The translations under genes were made by a program, and so were the position numbers. Positions 35,103 through 45,307 of a stretch of DNA of 54,080 nucleotides are shown one piece after another. This DNA comes from an uncultured Gammaproteobacteria bacterium (GTDB taxonomy: Bacteria > Patescibacteriota > Microgenomatia > Levybacterales > UBA12049), in the NCBI GenBank assembly GCA_964610465.1, contig CAZSWA010000009.1:1-54080 (forward strand). The letters are read 5' to 3'. Under the pieces are notes generated by a model. That model was given only the letters and a program-made list of their open reading frames with translations, was not told where the DNA came from and searched no databases. Position 1 is the stretch's first letter; each line of letters begins with the position of its first letter.

Positions 35103-36200
35103 ATGACGAAGCAGAAGAAAGAAATTTATTCAGAGAAACTTACCCAAAAGCCGAAACGTCTTTATATTCTTGACTCACTTCGTATCTTTGCAATCCTCGG
35201 AGTCGTCTTCATACATGTTTCAAGCAAGTCGCTGGAACTTGCAGGATATGATATCCAAAGAGTGCCTCTGAGTCTTTTTCTCAATCAAGCTGCGAGATTT
35301 GCAGTACCATTATTTTTTCTCATCTCAGGATTTGTTCTTGAGTATAATTATCAGAAGCTCAATCTCACTCAATTTTTTCAGAAACGACTAAACAAACTAG
35401 CTGTTCCTTACATCATCTGGAGCATTATTTACTATATTACCCTTAATCGACATCCTCTTAAAGAATTAGTGAGCACTGATTTTGTCAAACAACTCTTGCT
35501 TGGCACTTCATCTATACAGCTTTATTTTATCCCCGCAATTGTTATCCTTTATCTTCTCTTTCCAGTTTTTCATAGATACTTATCGTGGTTTTTTAAAAAA
35601 TGGTTTATCGTTTTAGCAACTATCATCCAAATCATACTTCTGTTGTATGATTATTACTTTAAGATTCCTTTACCTGATCCACTACGCATTGCACTTCTCA
35701 ATGCCTATCTTTTTGTAATGGGCATGATGTTTACTCAGAATTATCAGAACATTCTTTCGTATATCAAACAGTATATAAAAACTGTGCTTTTTCTTTTTGT
35801 ACTCTCTCTGATAGTAATTTTCTATGAAAGCCGGATAAATTATCTTAATACTAAAATGATAGGTTTTATCGGATCACAATGGAGAGTTACTATCTATGTA
35901 TATATGCTTATGGTAACAGCGCTTTTTGTGTTTTGGTCCCAGAAATGGATTAGTAAATATGAAAATATAATAGGGAAGATGAGCAGGCTTACTTTTTTTG
36001 TATTTTTTGTACATGTATTATTTATAAGTTTTTTCTGGCATGTAATCGGTAGCTATCTCTACAGTAAAACTGCCAGTCATATTCTTGAGAATGTCCTGTT
36101 TGACCCAACTGAATTTATTATTGTCGTTCTCTTGTCTTTTGCAACATCCTATGTAGTAAGCAGGATACCCAAAATTGCCCCACTACTTGGAATAGGTTGA
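35103..36200 (+). CDS. Acyltransferase-3 family membrane protein
   Basis: LDSLR.FAILGVVFIH, RFAVPLFFLISGF, KR..KL.VPYIIWS, QLYFI. Confidence 0.92.
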   Translation: MTKQKKEIYSEKLTQKPKRLYILDSLRIFAILGVVFIHVSSKSLELAGYDIQRVPLSLFLNQAARFAVPLFFLISGFVLEYNYQKLNLTQFFQKRLNKLAVPYIIWSIIYYITLNRHPLKELVSTDFVKQLLLGTSSIQLYFIPAIVILYLLFPVFHRYLSWFFKKWFIVLATIIQIILLLYDYYFKIPLPDPLRIALLNAYLFVMGMMFTQNYQNILSYIKQYIKTVLFLFVLSLIVIFYESRINYLNTKMIGFIGSQWRVTIYVYMLMVTALFVFWSQKWISKYENIIGKMSRLTFFVFFVHVLFISFFWHVIGSYLYSKTASHILENVLFDPTEFIIVVLLSFATSYVVSRIPKIAPLLGIG

Positions 36201-36283
36201 ATTTCCCAATTTTCCAAAAATGTGCTTTTACAAATGATACATAACATGCTATTCTTTGCTTATCTTTTATAATCTAGAATACT

Positions 36284-36691
36284 ATGAAAGCATTTGGTAT
36301 TTTTGCAGGTATCATTCTTCTTTTTTCTTTTCTGATTAGTTTACATTTTATGACACAAGCTGCACCTCAACAAATGGTAAAAGGAATATCAGATGAAGCA
36401 GCAACTCCTACCCAAATTGTTTCTCCCACTTCCACTCCTATCCCCACTATGACTCCTACACCAACTCCAACATCGAAAATAAAACCCAAACCTACTTTAG
36501 AACCAACTCTTATCCCAACCGCTACTTCCACCCCCTCAGCAACACTTCCTCCGATATATCAATCTCAAGATACTCCTTCATCACAACCCGAAGGTGCAAC
36601 TGCAAAATGTGAAGATGGCACATATAGTTTTGATAGACAAATACAAAATGCTTGCCAAAAACATGGCGGAGTTGCACAGTGGAATTATTAA
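36284..36691 (+). CDS. Surface protein with a Pro/Thr-rich linker and a DUF3761-like domain
   Basis: TM, PT repeats, GATAKCEDGTYSF....ACQKHGGVAQW. Confidence 0.85.
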   Translation: MKAFGIFAGIILLFSFLISLHFMTQAAPQQMVKGISDEAATPTQIVSPTSTPIPTMTPTPTPTSKIKPKPTLEPTLIPTATSTPSATLPPIYQSQDTPSSQPEGATAKCEDGTYSFDRQIQNACQKHGGVAQWNY

Positions 36692-36763
36692 AACGATAAA
36701 AATCCTGCGTTGACTCTGATGATAATTGACAACCTGCGCTTGCTATTGGAATAATAGTATTAC

Positions 36764-37984
36764 ATGCTTGATCAAATTTCACAAACGAATACAAATCCTG
36801 ATTGGTTTGATAATCTTCTTACTGTTGCTATCCAAAGCAGAGCAAGTGATATTCATATTGAACCACAACGTGAAGAAGTAAGCGTAAGACTACGTATTGA
36901 CGGGCTTCTTCATAAAGTAGGAACTATAGGCAATGAAACAAAGGACAATATTATTTCCAAAATTAAAGTAATGTCCAGCCTTGATATTACTGAACGAAGA
37001 GTTGCGCAAGATGGACATTTTGAGATTAAGTATAATAATAGAATTTATAATTTCCGTGTCTCAACACTTCCCACTATGTATGGAGAAACAGTGGTTGCCC
37101 GTATTTTTAATCGGGAAGATATATTTCTTAATATTGAGACATTGGGATTTCTTCCGGATCAGCTGAAGTTAGTACAAAGAATTATCAGTAAATCTACAGG
37201 AATTGTGCTTGTGACTGGGCCTACAGGTTCAGGCAAAACCAATTTATTATATTCAATTCTCAATGCTATCAACAAAACTGACCAAAGTATTCTGACACTT
37301 GAAGACCCGATTGAATACGAATTAGCCAATATTAGACAAACTGCGATAAACGATGAGATTGGGTTGACTTATGCCAAAGCTATGCGTGCAGTCACCAGAC
37401 AGGATCCAGATGTCGTTATGGTAGGAGAGATTCGAGATTCAGAAACTGCAGATAATGCGATTCAAGCAGCACTTACCGGCATTAGTATTTTTTCATCGTT
37501 TCATACATTTGATGTACCTGCTCTTGTGACCAGATTTTTTGAATTTCATATAACTCCTTCAATTGTTGCCCAAGTTATTGAAGGCGTAATATCAACCAGA
37601 TTGCTTCGTAAAATTTGTGACTCATGCAAGACTCAATATCAACCGCAAACTGATGAAATACAAAAAATGCAGGAGTATATACAAACACTTCCAGTACCAA
37701 TTGCTATACCACAAATGCTCTATAAGGGAACTGGATGCAACAAATGCAACAAAACAGGGTATTTTGACAGAACAGGAATTTATGAAATTGTTTACTTTGA
37801 TGATGAAATAGCAGCAACTATTATTGACCGGAAATCAGTTGCAGAGCTTACCAAGCTGCTGAGGCAAAAAGAGATAAAAACACTTCGTCAGGTAGCATTT
37901 GAGAAAATAGTGCAGGGAATAACAACTTTTGATGAAGTACTAAGAGTTTTAGGCCAAGTATCTTCCATCGAGTACCGTCAATAA
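36764..37984 (+). CDS. GspE/PulE/PilB family secretion or type IV pilus ATPase
   Basis: ASDIHIEP, RIDG, GPTGSGKT, TLEDPIE, RQDPDVVMVGEIRD, tetracysteine motif. Confidence 0.95.
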   Translation: MLDQISQTNTNPDWFDNLLTVAIQSRASDIHIEPQREEVSVRLRIDGLLHKVGTIGNETKDNIISKIKVMSSLDITERRVAQDGHFEIKYNNRIYNFRVSTLPTMYGETVVARIFNREDIFLNIETLGFLPDQLKLVQRIISKSTGIVLVTGPTGSGKTNLLYSILNAINKTDQSILTLEDPIEYELANIRQTAINDEIGLTYAKAMRAVTRQDPDVVMVGEIRDSETADNAIQAALTGISIFSSFHTFDVPALVTRFFEFHITPSIVAQVIEGVISTRLLRKICDSCKTQYQPQTDEIQKMQEYIQTLPVPIAIPQMLYKGTGCNKCNKTGYFDRTGIYEIVYFDDEIAATIIDRKSVAELTKLLRQKEIKTLRQVAFEKIVQGITTFDEVLRVLGQVSSIEYRQ

Positions 37985-38000
37985 GGTATAATGATGAGCT

Positions 38001-38282
38001 ATGAACAAAAGATTAAATGAAGCGTTAAGACATTACAAATATGAACGTAGAGGCAGTACGTCTGGGGGAAAAAAAAGATTAAGAGATATACGAGTTCATG
38101 CTGAGGTTATTGGTATGACAGAAAAACCAAACCAACGAATTGGTCACTCATTTCAAAAAATGCTTGAACAGCAAGCTGATATACTTGAGCGTCAACTGAA
38201 AGCTTCATGGGATGCAAAACATTCACAAGTACCTCAAACTATATTCTCTTCAAAAGATGTAAAACAGCAAAGTGACTATTAA
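38001..38282 (+). CDS. Hypothetical protein
   Basis: 93-aa ORF; TATAAT 8 nt before the ATG. Confidence 0.5.
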   Translation: MNKRLNEALRHYKYERRGSTSGGKKRLRDIRVHAEVIGMTEKPNQRIGHSFQKMLEQQADILERQLKASWDAKHSQVPQTIFSSKDVKQQSDY

Positions 38283-38555
38283 GATAAGAAGAAGCAAATT
38301 TGAAATTCCGCCGAGTATAAAAACTCCAAAAAGAGATAGTACCCATAGCACCAGAAAAATTCCGGCGATTTCTCTAAAAGGACTTGGCAAAAGACTCGTA
38401 ATCCAGGTAATAACAACAAATACCAATATATCATGTAAGGTAATAGTCCGTCCAAAAAGAACAAAGAGTATTCTATTAAGAAAAAAGAATGGCCTCATAA
38501 ATCCCACAATCCAAAGAATAATAATGATAACAAGAAGCGTTTGAATCACGTTCAT
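38250..38555 (-). CDS. Small membrane protein
   Basis: Highly hydrophobic; LPSPFREIA motif. Confidence 0.75.
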   Translation of the reverse strand: MNVIQTLLVIIIILWIVGFMRPFFFLNRILFVLFGRTITLHDILVFVVITWITSLLPSPFREIAGIFLVLWVLSLFGVFILGGISNLLLLILIVTLLFYIF

Positions 38556-38599
38556 ATATTCTTATTGTTACAGAGAGAAAAAGAAAATGCAACTGAAGC

Positions 38600-39268
38600 T
38601 TAAATTACTTTATATATGCCAACACTAAGCTTGTTATTCGCATAGCGAAATTCTATGTTGATTGGTATATTATAGCTATTTTTAATATATAAATTTTGTT
38701 GCTCATTGACTGTCTCCTCATCAGGAGCATTATAAATAGCAACACCATATTGAGCTGGAATTTCAGGAATTACTGCAAAATTATGATTTGTCGGCGCGTC
38801 TGTAGTGAGTTTTGCATCCTGTGCAGCCCAATTGATAAGGGATGCCAAATGACACACTCCATCTCCTACAAGATATCCGTCAGATTTAAATCCTTCCTCA
38901 GAATTAAAATGTGCATTTGATGTCTTGACTACGTTATTTCTAAATTCAGAAAGAATACTATCATGAAATGCAAATGTTTGACCCGGATTTAAAGTAAATT
39001 CATAATAGGAAGGTTTTTCTATTATATTCCAGTCAATATCATAGGCATTTCTTACTTTTCCGCTTAAATAGGCAAGATTAAGAAGGATATTGTCCTTAAA
39101 TACCTGGTTTACCATAGCATTACCATTTCTATCCTTTAGAGAGAATTCATGCCTGGCAAGCAACACCTCTCTTGGGAAATAGCTTACCAATAGTAAGATA
39201 GGCTCAATAGCCTGAATAGTAATGATAAAAAACGCTGCCAGAGAAGTTAACACTACAGTATGTTTCAT
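38600..39268 (-). CDS. VanW family protein
   Basis: L.PGQTFAFH, GDGVCHLASL, NLYI.N; start taken at MKHT. Confidence 0.85.
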   Translation of the reverse strand: MKHTVVLTSLAAFFIITIQAIEPILLLVSYFPREVLLARHEFSLKDRNGNAMVNQVFKDNILLNLAYLSGKVRNAYDIDWNIIEKPSYYEFTLNPGQTFAFHDSILSEFRNNVVKTSNAHFNSEEGFKSDGYLVGDGVCHLASLINWAAQDAKLTTDAPTNHNFAVIPEIPAQYGVAIYNAPDEETVNEQQNLYIKNSYNIPINIEFRYANNKLSVGIYKVI

Positions 39269-39355
39269 AAAGCCAGAGTATATCATACTATAAGCCATAT
39301 TTCAAGTCCAAGACTTCTCCTTTACTTTTTTTCAAACTTCTACTACTCTAGATAT

Positions 39356-40090
39356 ATGGCAAAGAAAAAAATAAAGAAATTTTCAGCCTTTCTTTTTCCT
39401 GTTACCTTCATTTTTGCGGTTATTTTTCTTTTTTTCTCAATAGATATTTTCTTTTTTACAGTAAGACAGGGGAATCAAAATTGCGCTAACACTATAAGCT
39501 GTGCATATAACTTGAATGGAAATTACGAGAGTACCAGGAAGGGTGTGTTTATGAATAAAGTTGTATACTCTCCACCCTTTGAAAGTGAACTTGCCAATCT
39601 TCCTGCTTTTAAGAAATCAAATGTTCTTGGAACAACTACTTCAGACACCAAACGTATTTTTGTTGATCTGACCAATCAAAAACTCTATGCGTTTGAAAAT
39701 GGAAATCTCGTATTTAATTTTACTGTTTCTACGGGCAAATGGAATCCAACCCCAACCGGAGATTTCAGAATTTGGATAAAACTGCGCTATACCCGTATGA
39801 CAGGAGGTGACAAAGCAAAAGGAGATTACTATGACTTACCAAATGTACCTTTTACAATGTTTTTTTATAATAATAAGATCTTAAAATCCTGGGGATATAG
39901 TTTACATGGAGCCTATTGGCACAATAATTTTGGTCATCCGATGAGCCATGGATGTGTCAACATGAAAATTGCAGATGCAGAACAACTCTATAATTGGGCT
40001 AATCCGCCAACACAAGGATATACGACCTATACTACACAAAATAATCCTGGAACTCTTATCACCATTTATGGCGTAACACCAGTGGAATGA
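39356..40090 (+). CDS. L,D-transpeptidase (YkuD/ErfK family)
   Basis: VDLTNQKLYA, VSTG..PTPTG, HGAYWHNNFG.PMSHGCVN; start taken at MAKK. Confidence 0.93.
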   Translation: MAKKKIKKFSAFLFPVTFIFAVIFLFFSIDIFFFTVRQGNQNCANTISCAYNLNGNYESTRKGVFMNKVVYSPPFESELANLPAFKKSNVLGTTTSDTKRIFVDLTNQKLYAFENGNLVFNFTVSTGKWNPTPTGDFRIWIKLRYTRMTGGDKAKGDYYDLPNVPFTMFFYNNKILKSWGYSLHGAYWHNNFGHPMSHGCVNMKIADAEQLYNWANPPTQGYTTYTTQNNPGTLITIYGVTPVE

Positions 40091-40123
40091 AAGAGCGTAG
40101 TGTAAAGTAAAATATTTGTATTT

Positions 40124-40879
40124 TTATAGACTGTATCCTCTGCTTGCTGCAGCATTGAGAATTCCTTGCGTATTCCCTCCATAGGAGTACAAACCACTCA
40201 TTATTGAACCATGCTGTGCAAGATAATTTGCAGCGGTATAAATTGCATCTACCGCATTATTGATATCTGCTTTTCCATCTCCATTGCCATCAACTGCATA
40301 TGCTTTCCAGGTATCCGGCATAAATTGCATAGGACCTTGTGCGCCTGAACCCTCAGCATTGAATATTGCACCATCTCGAAGTGTTGTCTCTGTCAAATGA
40401 ATACCATAGAGAATTTGCCATGGAACTCCATACTTTTCTCCAGCTTTTTTATACACATCATCAAAAGGTGATGTAGGATAATCCTGTGATGCATGAACAA
40501 CGCTAGGTTGGCTTATCGATAAAGAAGTATGCGATTGTGCAACTATTTTTTTAAGCTTTTCCTGTAGTTTTGGTTTGAGTGTATCAGGAGTATCAGACGG
40601 ATTCAGCCGTATTTTGAGCGTAGAATTAAGTTTGAGTTCATTTGGATTTTGTATAGTATCATTGTCATTCCAAACAGTTGTCCAAAAACTACTATCTCCG
40701 TAAAAACCCTGGGCAATAGTATAAATTGTGTCATCCGCGAGTACTTTATACAAAGAGTAGCCAAGAGGCACTTGCATAGAGAAATACGTTGTTTGTGCGT
40801 ATGCTTGTTGAGGAAAAGAAACAGGGTTTGAGAGTGACACGATAGATGCAATTGCGATAGGCAATAGTGCGTATATCAT
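40124..40879 (-). CDS. LysM domain + lytic transglycosylase (SLT) protein
   Basis: Y.V..DDT...IA..FYG....W..V...N....NPN.L; YGVPW.IL.GIH.TE, GAQGPMQFMP.TW, DGNGDG, DAI.TAANYL. Confidence 0.9.
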   Translation of the reverse strand: MIYALLPIAIASIVSLSNPVSFPQQAYAQTTYFSMQVPLGYSLYKVLADDTIYTIAQGFYGDSSFWTTVWNDNDTIQNPNELKLNSTLKIRLNPSDTPDTLKPKLQEKLKKIVAQSHTSLSISQPSVVHASQDYPTSPFDDVYKKAGEKYGVPWQILYGIHLTETTLRDGAIFNAEGSGAQGPMQFMPDTWKAYAVDGNGDGKADINNAVDAIYTAANYLAQHGSIMSGLYSYGGNTQGILNAAASRGYSL

Positions 40880-40911
40880 AAAAAAAGCCAACTACTTAGT
40901 GAGCAGTCGGC
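40880..40911 (-). terminator. Terminator-like hairpin plus U7 directly before the LysM-SLT start codon
   Basis: GCCGACTGCT-CACTA-AGTAGTTGGC-TTTTTTT-ATG; promoter TTGACA-17-TAGAAT at 40952-40924. Confidence 0.6.
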
Positions 40912-41105
40912 AAAACACAAGGGATTCTATACTATTAAATACTCTTTGTCAAACTGAGCGGTTAACCAATAACTACAAGATTCTCGATTCCCACGCTGAG
41001 CGTGGTCACTCGAAGAATAAAATAGCAGGACTGAGTAGTTACGGTTTGTCTGTTATCAATAACCTGAAAGTACAAAACAATCCTTATTAAAGGTATACTG
41101 AGAAA

Positions 41106-41807
41106 TTAGTGAGAAACTTGTGGGGAGAAAATTACACCTTCCAGAATAGGTGAAAGGTGAAGAATGCCCTTTATTTGGTCTTCAGGAAGGGCATTTGGCC
41201 TATAAGGACGCGGATTTGCCAACGCGTCTTTCTCATCTACAGCTTGAAGCACAGGAAGAATTTTAAGAGTTGTCTCTCTTATTGTATCTGGTAAGCTGTT
41301 TATATAGGATTTTTCTTCATTGTCTTGTTCATGCATATGAGACAACCTGGTGAGAGCTATTACTTCTGACGGATATCTCATACGTGCTACTATATCTGCT
41401 CCATCCCGCGTATGACGTATATCAAATCTTCTCTGTTTAGCTTTATCCCATCTTTCATTCTCCCAATAGGGAAATTCTGGGTATCTTATACTTTTCCCTG
41501 AGTCATGTAATAGTCCGGCTATTGTAGCAATTCCAATTTCTCTCTCATTAAAACCTAACCTAGAAGCTACTCTTGCAATATCACGACCAACACGTTCAGA
41601 ATGAACACCTGTGTCTTTGTCCTGTTTATACAAATACGTTAATAATTCACTCGTAGCATGTACAACTGTACCATCAGCGTATATATATGGATGCAGCTGA
41701 GAGTCTATTTCCTTAAAAAAAGGCGTAGGGAGAATATGTGCTGTTTCAATGGTGGATTGCCTTGTATATAGGCTAGGATTTACATCGATTTCTGTTGTTT
41801 CTAACAT
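41106..41807 (-). CDS. HD-domain phosphohydrolase (HD-GYP-like)
   Basis: HSERV, LLHDSGK, H...G, VD..DAL...RPYR. Confidence 0.85.
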   Translation of the reverse strand: MLETTEIDVNPSLYTRQSTIETAHILPTPFFKEIDSQLHPYIYADGTVVHATSELLTYLYKQDKDTGVHSERVGRDIARVASRLGFNEREIGIATIAGLLHDSGKSIRYPEFPYWENERWDKAKQRRFDIRHTRDGADIVARMRYPSEVIALTRLSHMHEQDNEEKSYINSLPDTIRETTLKILPVLQAVDEKDALANPRPYRPNALPEDQIKGILHLSPILEGVIFSPQVSH

Positions 41808-42050
41808 ACCTCTTACCGTTTTCTTTCTAAAATCTTACTTTTATGGACCCTACTATATTACTAGTACTCCCTAAAGTCAAGCTAAGCAATAGGCATTATT
41901 AGAACGATAGAATTCAATCTACATCATTTATTCAAAAAACTATAATACATAGAGTCATGAAAGTATTGAAATTACTTTTGTATATTAACAGTAAATGTTC
42001 TTTCGTCTTAGATATTAGTCAGACTCATCAGTTTTGCAATATCAGCAAAA

Positions 42051-42221
42051 GAGAACAAGAGAGTGAAGGAAAAGTGCTGCAAGCAGCGACTTTTGGCATA
42101 TGCCTTCACTCTCTCACCAAGAGAAACTCAGAAGTTTTACTTCCACCAGCAAATGAGGCGGAGCATATGACTTCTAAGTCCCTTTCTCGGTGTTTGATGT
42201 GAGCCTAGCTCTCTTGTTCTC
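42051..42221 (-). ncRNA. Multi-stem structured RNA 3' of the GC-rich operon
   Basis: 13-bp closing stem and two long internal hairpins; A-C mismatches on + become G-U pairs on -. Confidence 0.55.
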
Positions 42222-42257
42222 AGGTGATGAGAGAAGCGAGTTAGATTGTAAGTACTC

Positions 42258-44129
42258 CTATCCTTGCGTCGTGCCTGCAGGCAGGCTCTTATCTACAAGA
42301 CTACTCACCACAGCATGTGTATCTGTGGGAAGTTTTTGTCCTGGTGCTTGAACGACAACTGTAACAGTGTCGCCACTTTGCATCAAAGCAGCAACAGAGT
42401 TTGGCATCGCCACCCAGAACACGACGTTATCAGGAATTCCTGTACCATGGAGCTGGAATATCCGATACTCAGTCCCGCCTTGATTGACCAAGACATTACT
42501 CAGGTGCGTTACCGTACCTGTAAGCGAAATCGTTCCACCAGCGTTTGGAATGGTTCCTGGTGGAAGCGTTCCGCTAAGCTGCTGCTGGTAGAGTCCTACC
42601 AACGTTGTTAGATCCTGTGCATACAAGACCTTTGAAGGGTCAGTTGTGTATGCGGTATCCAACAAACTAACACCTCGATAGGTATCTCCTTGGTTAACGA
42701 CACAGTACCAGACGTATCGGGAGTAGATCTGCTGCAGCTGACAGAACTCAGGGTCAAGCTGTGCCCTCTGACTCACCGAATCAAGATACTTCTGAATGAT
42801 CTGCTGTGCAGCAGATTCAGTTGCACCTTTCAAGGGAATGTTTATGGCAGCCCCACTCGTTGGGTTAACAACGAGTTCTCCGACCATAGTTGTGTCGGAA
42901 GAATTGGGACTGGTGTACGTGAAGACGTATTGGGCATCACCATGACCAGTCAGCTGATAGCTGGAGCTGTCAATGGAAACTTGCCCTGTTTGTCCCCACG
43001 GAATGCATACATAATGGTTGGCGTATTTCGCCCACCAATTGGACGCAAGGTCCTGTATGTAATCCTCAGGGTAAATCCGGTCAACCCACGAAGGGATTTG
43101 ACTAACGGACTTCCACCAGGTTATCTCACCTGTTTGTGCATCGACGGCAATCATGCCGACGATTTTCTTCCCTTCATATCCGACTACCGGCTGCTCCAGG
43201 GAGCCGGTGTAAAACGGACGGTCGTCACCATCTCTCACTTCCATACCGTGCAGGTCATCAACGACCAGACCACGCGCGAATGGTAGCGTAAAATGGTAGT
43301 AAACGTACCTATCCAAGTCGTTATCCATGGGCCAGCCTAAATCTGGCACGTAGTGGATCTTAAAGCCGCCACGGTACACCGCTTGAGCATTTGGATCCTC
43401 TGCGCTTACGATTACATAGCCAGGGCTATTGCCACCGGCATTGTTAAAACTCTGCTGGTCGGAAGGTTTGAGATCAACAATGTAGACCCAGCGTCCATCC
43501 AATTTCTGAAGGTACGCTATGCCTGGCTGCAGATATGACCCGATGTCACCGGGAAACGCCTGCCGTGCTTTTGCAATCGCTACTTCTTGAGTGACCCGAA
43601 TCAGGTGATTTGGATCAGCATCAGGAAGAGTTCCTGGTGTTCCTTCCTTTGGTTGGAAAAGCTGGAGCATCTTTGCTGTGCCAGAAGGGTCACACCATGG
43701 GGCTTGCCCATTGAGTAACCAGTGATTTGGCTCAACAAAAGCCATCATACTACCAACCCACCAGGCAAAAACACAGATGAGGAGAATGATAGGAATACCT
43801 CTTGCGAAGTAAACTCCTACTCCACCCTCATAGTCACCTATGCCATTGGCATACGATAACAACCATGTAGTTACAGCAAGCAGAAGCGAACCCCCGATAA
43901 GAGGGAACACATTTGCCTCAGACCACATGGTAGAAACGTCTGGTGTAGCAGCTCCGAAGAACACCCAACCTGCAAGAAATCCTACAACGAAGTTAACCGT
44001 TGCATTCACTCCTGCAAGCACAAGCCGTTTTGGAAACGGCGTGTCGGTGAACAACCCTAACGGAATCACGAAGGCCGCAATCGCAAATACAATTGCGTAC
44101 GGAACTTCTGCTGCCAATGCCGAATCCAT
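42258..44129 (-). CDS. Large membrane-anchored protein (about 4 N-terminal TM, extracellular beta-rich region, C-terminal OB-like domain)
   Basis: 623-aa ORF; SD GGGAGGT; PGYVIVSAED, P.WVDRIYP motifs. Confidence 0.85.
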   Translation of the reverse strand: MDSALAAEVPYAIVFAIAAFVIPLGLFTDTPFPKRLVLAGVNATVNFVVGFLAGWVFFGAATPDVSTMWSEANVFPLIGGSLLLAVTTWLLSYANGIGDYEGGVGVYFARGIPIILLICVFAWWVGSMMAFVEPNHWLLNGQAPWCDPSGTAKMLQLFQPKEGTPGTLPDADPNHLIRVTQEVAIAKARQAFPGDIGSYLQPGIAYLQKLDGRWVYIVDLKPSDQQSFNNAGGNSPGYVIVSAEDPNAQAVYRGGFKIHYVPDLGWPMDNDLDRYVYYHFTLPFARGLVVDDLHGMEVRDGDDRPFYTGSLEQPVVGYEGKKIVGMIAVDAQTGEITWWKSVSQIPSWVDRIYPEDYIQDLASNWWAKYANHYVCIPWGQTGQVSIDSSSYQLTGHGDAQYVFTYTSPNSSDTTMVGELVVNPTSGAAINIPLKGATESAAQQIIQKYLDSVSQRAQLDPEFCQLQQIYSRYVWYCVVNQGDTYRGVSLLDTAYTTDPSKVLYAQDLTTLVGLYQQQLSGTLPPGTIPNAGGTISLTGTVTHLSNVLVNQGGTEYRIFQLHGTGIPDNVVFWVAMPNSVAALMQSGDTVTVVVQAPGQKLPTDTHAVVSSLVDKSLPAGTTQG

Positions 44130-44133
44130 CTTG

Positions 44134-44769
44134 CTACCTCCCGTTTGTGAGGCTAAGGTCAGGATTTGCTGCCACAGTTAAGGGCAGTTGTGCCTGTACT
44201 TGATTAATAGATGTCAACACGGATGTTGGTTGGGAAGGGGTTACCTTCCACAACTGACCTTGCTGGTCAAACATCCAAAAGGTTGGAAGAACTGTACTTC
44301 CAGGCTCAGGGTTTATAACGAAGGCCTGGAGCACGTTGAGATTGTACGAGTCTCCACCAAGAACGGTGAAGTTGACGCCTGTCCCATGAACGCTTGCAGA
44401 GGTAATCTGGTACACGTTCATAGCTTTAGTCCACATAGGACTAAAAGGAACTCCATACTCAACTGAGTAATACACACCTCCGTTCTTTAGCAAAGCAAAG
44501 TTGACAACATTTACCTCATTGCGAAGTTTGGCGGCATCTTCAATAGAATACCACCTCATATTCGCAAACCAATCCCTGGAAGAATTGGGGGTTGTTGTCG
44601 GATTCATGGTCGAGACAACACTCTGGTTGCCAGGGTTTGTCTCAAACCTGTTAGGACCGGTGTGGAAAGTGTAATAGAATCTCTGCCACAAGAATGTGGC
44701 GATGAGTGCTATTACTATAGCTCCCACTATAGTCCCTAATAGTACTTTGGCCTTCGGACGGATCCTCAT
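44134..44769 (-). CDS. Single-TM hypothetical protein
   Basis: 211-aa ORF; SD AGAAAGGA; 4 nt from the next gene. Confidence 0.8.
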   Translation of the reverse strand: MRIRPKAKVLLGTIVGAIVIALIATFLWQRFYYTFHTGPNRFETNPGNQSVVSTMNPTTTPNSSRDWFANMRWYSIEDAAKLRNEVNVVNFALLKNGGVYYSVEYGVPFSPMWTKAMNVYQITSASVHGTGVNFTVLGGDSYNLNVLQAFVINPEPGSTVLPTFWMFDQQGQLWKVTPSQPTSVLTSINQVQAQLPLTVAANPDLSLTNGR

Positions 44770-44823
44770 CAGGGTATCCTTTCTTTAGAAACTTCTGTTA
44801 CTGCTGATGTTTTGTACTTACTG

Positions 44824-45005
44824 CCTTCTCCTTTCTCAACATCACCCTTTCTGAAAGCAAGCTACTACTTTCATAAAAGGTGAGAAGAAAGGAAAAGGTG
44901 CATCACATCAAATTGTTAATGTGCTGCAATTACCCATAAACAAATCAAATATTGTTATAGGATAAAATGCGATATAGTTATATCAGTCCAATGATAGATT
45001 GTCAA
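44824..45005 (-). promoter_or_regulatory. Promoter, boxA-like motif and leader hairpin of GC-rich cassette 1
   Basis: TTGACA-17-TATAAC (45005-44977); GCACATTAACAATTT (44924-44910); long hairpin 44824-44898. Confidence 0.55.
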
Positions 45006-45146
45006 CTATGGGATAGAAAAAAGAGCAAAAGGAACGACGAAACCTTTGAGAGAAACAAAAGAGTCGAAGAAGAACAAAAATGAACTCCGAAGATCCCAAA
45101 ATGAAATGAATGGAATCGAACTAGTGAAGCTAATGCTAAAGATTTG

Positions 45147-45202
45147 TGCCAAGAGTCAAATTAAACTGACTCAGTCCCGCTGAGCGGGATGCCTTAGCCA
45201 CC
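45147..45202 (-). pseudogene. tRNA-Phe-derived fragment (D-loop to 3' end) with a substituted anticodon arm
   Basis: Colinear with the tRNA-Phe 60 bp away; anticodon arm replaced by TCCCGC-TCA-GCGGGA. Confidence 0.65.
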
Positions 45203-45206
45203 TTTG

Positions 45207-45279
45207 TGCCGAGAGTCAGAGTCGAACTGACATAGCCTGTTCTTCAGACAGGTGCCTTGACCACCTTGGCTATCTCGGC
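45207..45279 (-). tRNA. tRNA-Phe (GAA)
   Basis: GCCGAGA/TCTCGGC; CCTGT-CT-GAA-GA-ACAGG; GTCAG-TTCGACT-CTGAC. Confidence 0.95.
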
Positions 45280-45307
45280 AGAAAAATTAGGTTGTTTAAA
45301 GATTCTA

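Noticed and set aside
40992-41006. CCACGC-TGA-GCGTGG palindrome, and a REP-like fragment near 46220
   Set aside because: Single short copies are not enough to define a repeat family here.
41957-42202. 81-aa ORF over the structured region
   Set aside because: It has no recognisable features, and the extensive base-pairing explains the region better.
42264-44466. Plus-strand ORFs up to 198 aa opposite the 623-aa and 211-aa genes, and other short antisense ORFs in the track
   Set aside because: These are shadow ORFs with no motifs, favoured by higher GC.
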